A stretch of 33,793 bases of DNA from a bacterium (GTDB taxonomy: Bacteria; SAR324; NAC60-12), in assembly GCA_965233585.1 (NCBI GenBank), contig CBDDTI010000426.1, positions 1-33,793 on the forward strand, written 5' to 3'. The position numbers were made by a program, and so were the translations under genes. Below the pieces are notes generated by a model. That model made no database searches, had not been told where the DNA came from, and was given only the letters and a program-made list of their open reading frames with translations. Each line of letters starts with the position of its first letter. Position 1 is the stretch's first letter. Positions 32,230-33,793 of this stretch are shown piece by piece.

Positions 32230-32817
32230 CTATGGACCGCTGACATTCTGGTGCCTGGATCTAAAATTTCACGCCAGCGTCAAAATTGAGATCCCGGCAC
32301 CAGAAAAAGTAATGCAGTCATGAAAAAATTTGATGCTGGCGTGAAATTTTTAGTGCGTGCACCAACTTTTTCATGCCTGCATTAGACAGAGCAATGCAGG
32401 CACCAAACTTTTCACGCACTGCATCAAACATTTCATGCTGGCATTAGACAAAGCAATGCAGGCACCAAATTTTTCGTGCACGCGCCAAACTTTTCATGCC
32501 AGCATTAGACAGAGCAATGCAGGCACCAAACTTTTCATGCACGCACCAAATTTCTCATGCTGGCATTAGACGGAGCAATGCAGGCACCAAACTTTTCGTG
32601 CACGCACCAAATTTCTCATGCCAGCATTAGACACAGCAATGCAGGCACCAAACTTTTGGTGCACGCACCAGAAATCAGTGTGCATTCAGATGCTTTTAGA
32701 TTGAATCAGTTGACGTTTTGCTTGCAACGAGAACGCATTTAGATGAATTTAGATGAATTTAGAACGCATTTAGATTTTTTTAGATGAATTCGGGCCGAAA
32801 ACATCTAATTTTTCTCT
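32230..32817. repeat. Right TIR of copy B
   Basis: Reverse complement of 12023-12548 with one extra ~60-bp unit. Confidence 0.93.
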
Positions 32818-32824
32818 CACAACA

Positions 32825-33438
32825 CACAAGGCTCTCCTGTTCCTCTATGTATATAATATTACTCTGTGATGGTCATATTCATAGACATGTTCATGCAGAA
32901 GTTTCAATTGAGCTTTTTATACGTTACAGAATATTCGCAGAAGCATGCACAGAAGATTCAGCTAACTAAACAGCAAAAAGTGACCGTGGAACAACTGCCC
33001 CCCCCCCCCCAAATTTTTTTATCCTTCTTTAAGGCAAGGGCAACAACTCCTTGGCCACCTTTTTGTCTCAAGATACCAATTTAGTAATCCCTCACTCAGA
33101 AAAAATGCTCCGATATTTCTATGCTCTGGGGTATCTTAAAAATGGTCGAGAGATGGATATCACAAATTCTTGGATCTTTCTTGCATTAAACATATCAAAC
33201 CTATTCAGCATAGATATGCTTGATAAAAGAAGGATATTTATTTACTTTATTCAAGAATTTGTGATATCCATGCACCAGGCCACTAAATACTATTATAAAC
33301 ATAGAGGAACAGGAGAGCCTCGTGCATGTTGGGGCAGCCAACAGCTGCTAGAGAGAGATATGAGCTAGCCTGGTGCATGAATATTACAAATTCTTGGATA
33401 AAGTAAATATCTATCCCTCTTTTTATCAAGCATATCTA
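32825..33438. repeat. Host-flank inverted repeats (possible MITE remnants)
   Basis: 32825-32858 pairs with 33291-33324; 33211-33280 pairs with 33368-33438. Confidence 0.6.
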
Positions 33439-33793
33439 CCAGGCATTTGGAACTGAACGAAGGAACTGAACGAAAAAGTAACGATTCCTTTTTTTTTGGA
33501 GCCGTTACTTTTTTTTAAAAGGAACTGAACTGAACGGGGAACGAGGCGAAATTTAGGCCTTCACGTTCAGTTCCTTTTTATGTATAGTCCTCCACAGAGA
33601 AATGTGGAAGGCAAGAGAGTGGCAGGTAAAGTACACCCCACCCCCACACTACCACTGTTTAATCTCATAGACAGTCTGACACACAGTCTATTCTGTGATT
33701 AACCATTTTACTAGAGTATTGAATTATTTGGTATTTTATTATTATAATATTTACTTAATTTTATAAAAAAACATTTCTCATAATAAATATTAG

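Larger units (their letters stand above)
12001..32818 (+). mobile_element. Polinton/Maverick (adintovirus-like) element, copy B, apparently full length
   Basis: Long terminal inverted repeats enclose integrase, pPolB, packaging ATPase, adenain protease, MCP and penton genes. Exact termini are uncertain by ~20 bp and no target-site duplication is visible. Confidence 0.95.

Noticed and set aside
32784..33368. Short ORFs in the host flank
   Set aside because: They cross repeat boundaries and have no recognisable domains.

Overview
Eukaryotic genomic window dominated by Polinton/Maverick (adintovirus-like) endogenous dsDNA virus elements. An apparently intact ~20.8 kb copy (B, ~12001-32818, with ~0.5-0.6 kb terminal inverted repeats) carries the core set: retroviral-type integrase with chromodomain, protein-primed PolB, packaging ATPase, adenain protease, and major and minor capsid proteins. 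It also has several unusual traits: adjacent genes for its own TBP and TFIIB homologs, two tandem major capsid paralogs, a minor capsid protein with an apparently duplicated jelly-roll, a PolB split by four short GT-AG introns with its N-terminal (terminal-protein-like) part as a separate ORF, and heat-shock-element/TATA promoters. The left end of a second, slightly diverged copy (A, 1-~2544) lies in inverted orientation, head-to-head with B across a ~9.45 kb array of 54-bp tandem repeats. The last ~1 kb is host flank with small inverted repeats. All calls come from motif recognition by eye; no database searches were run.
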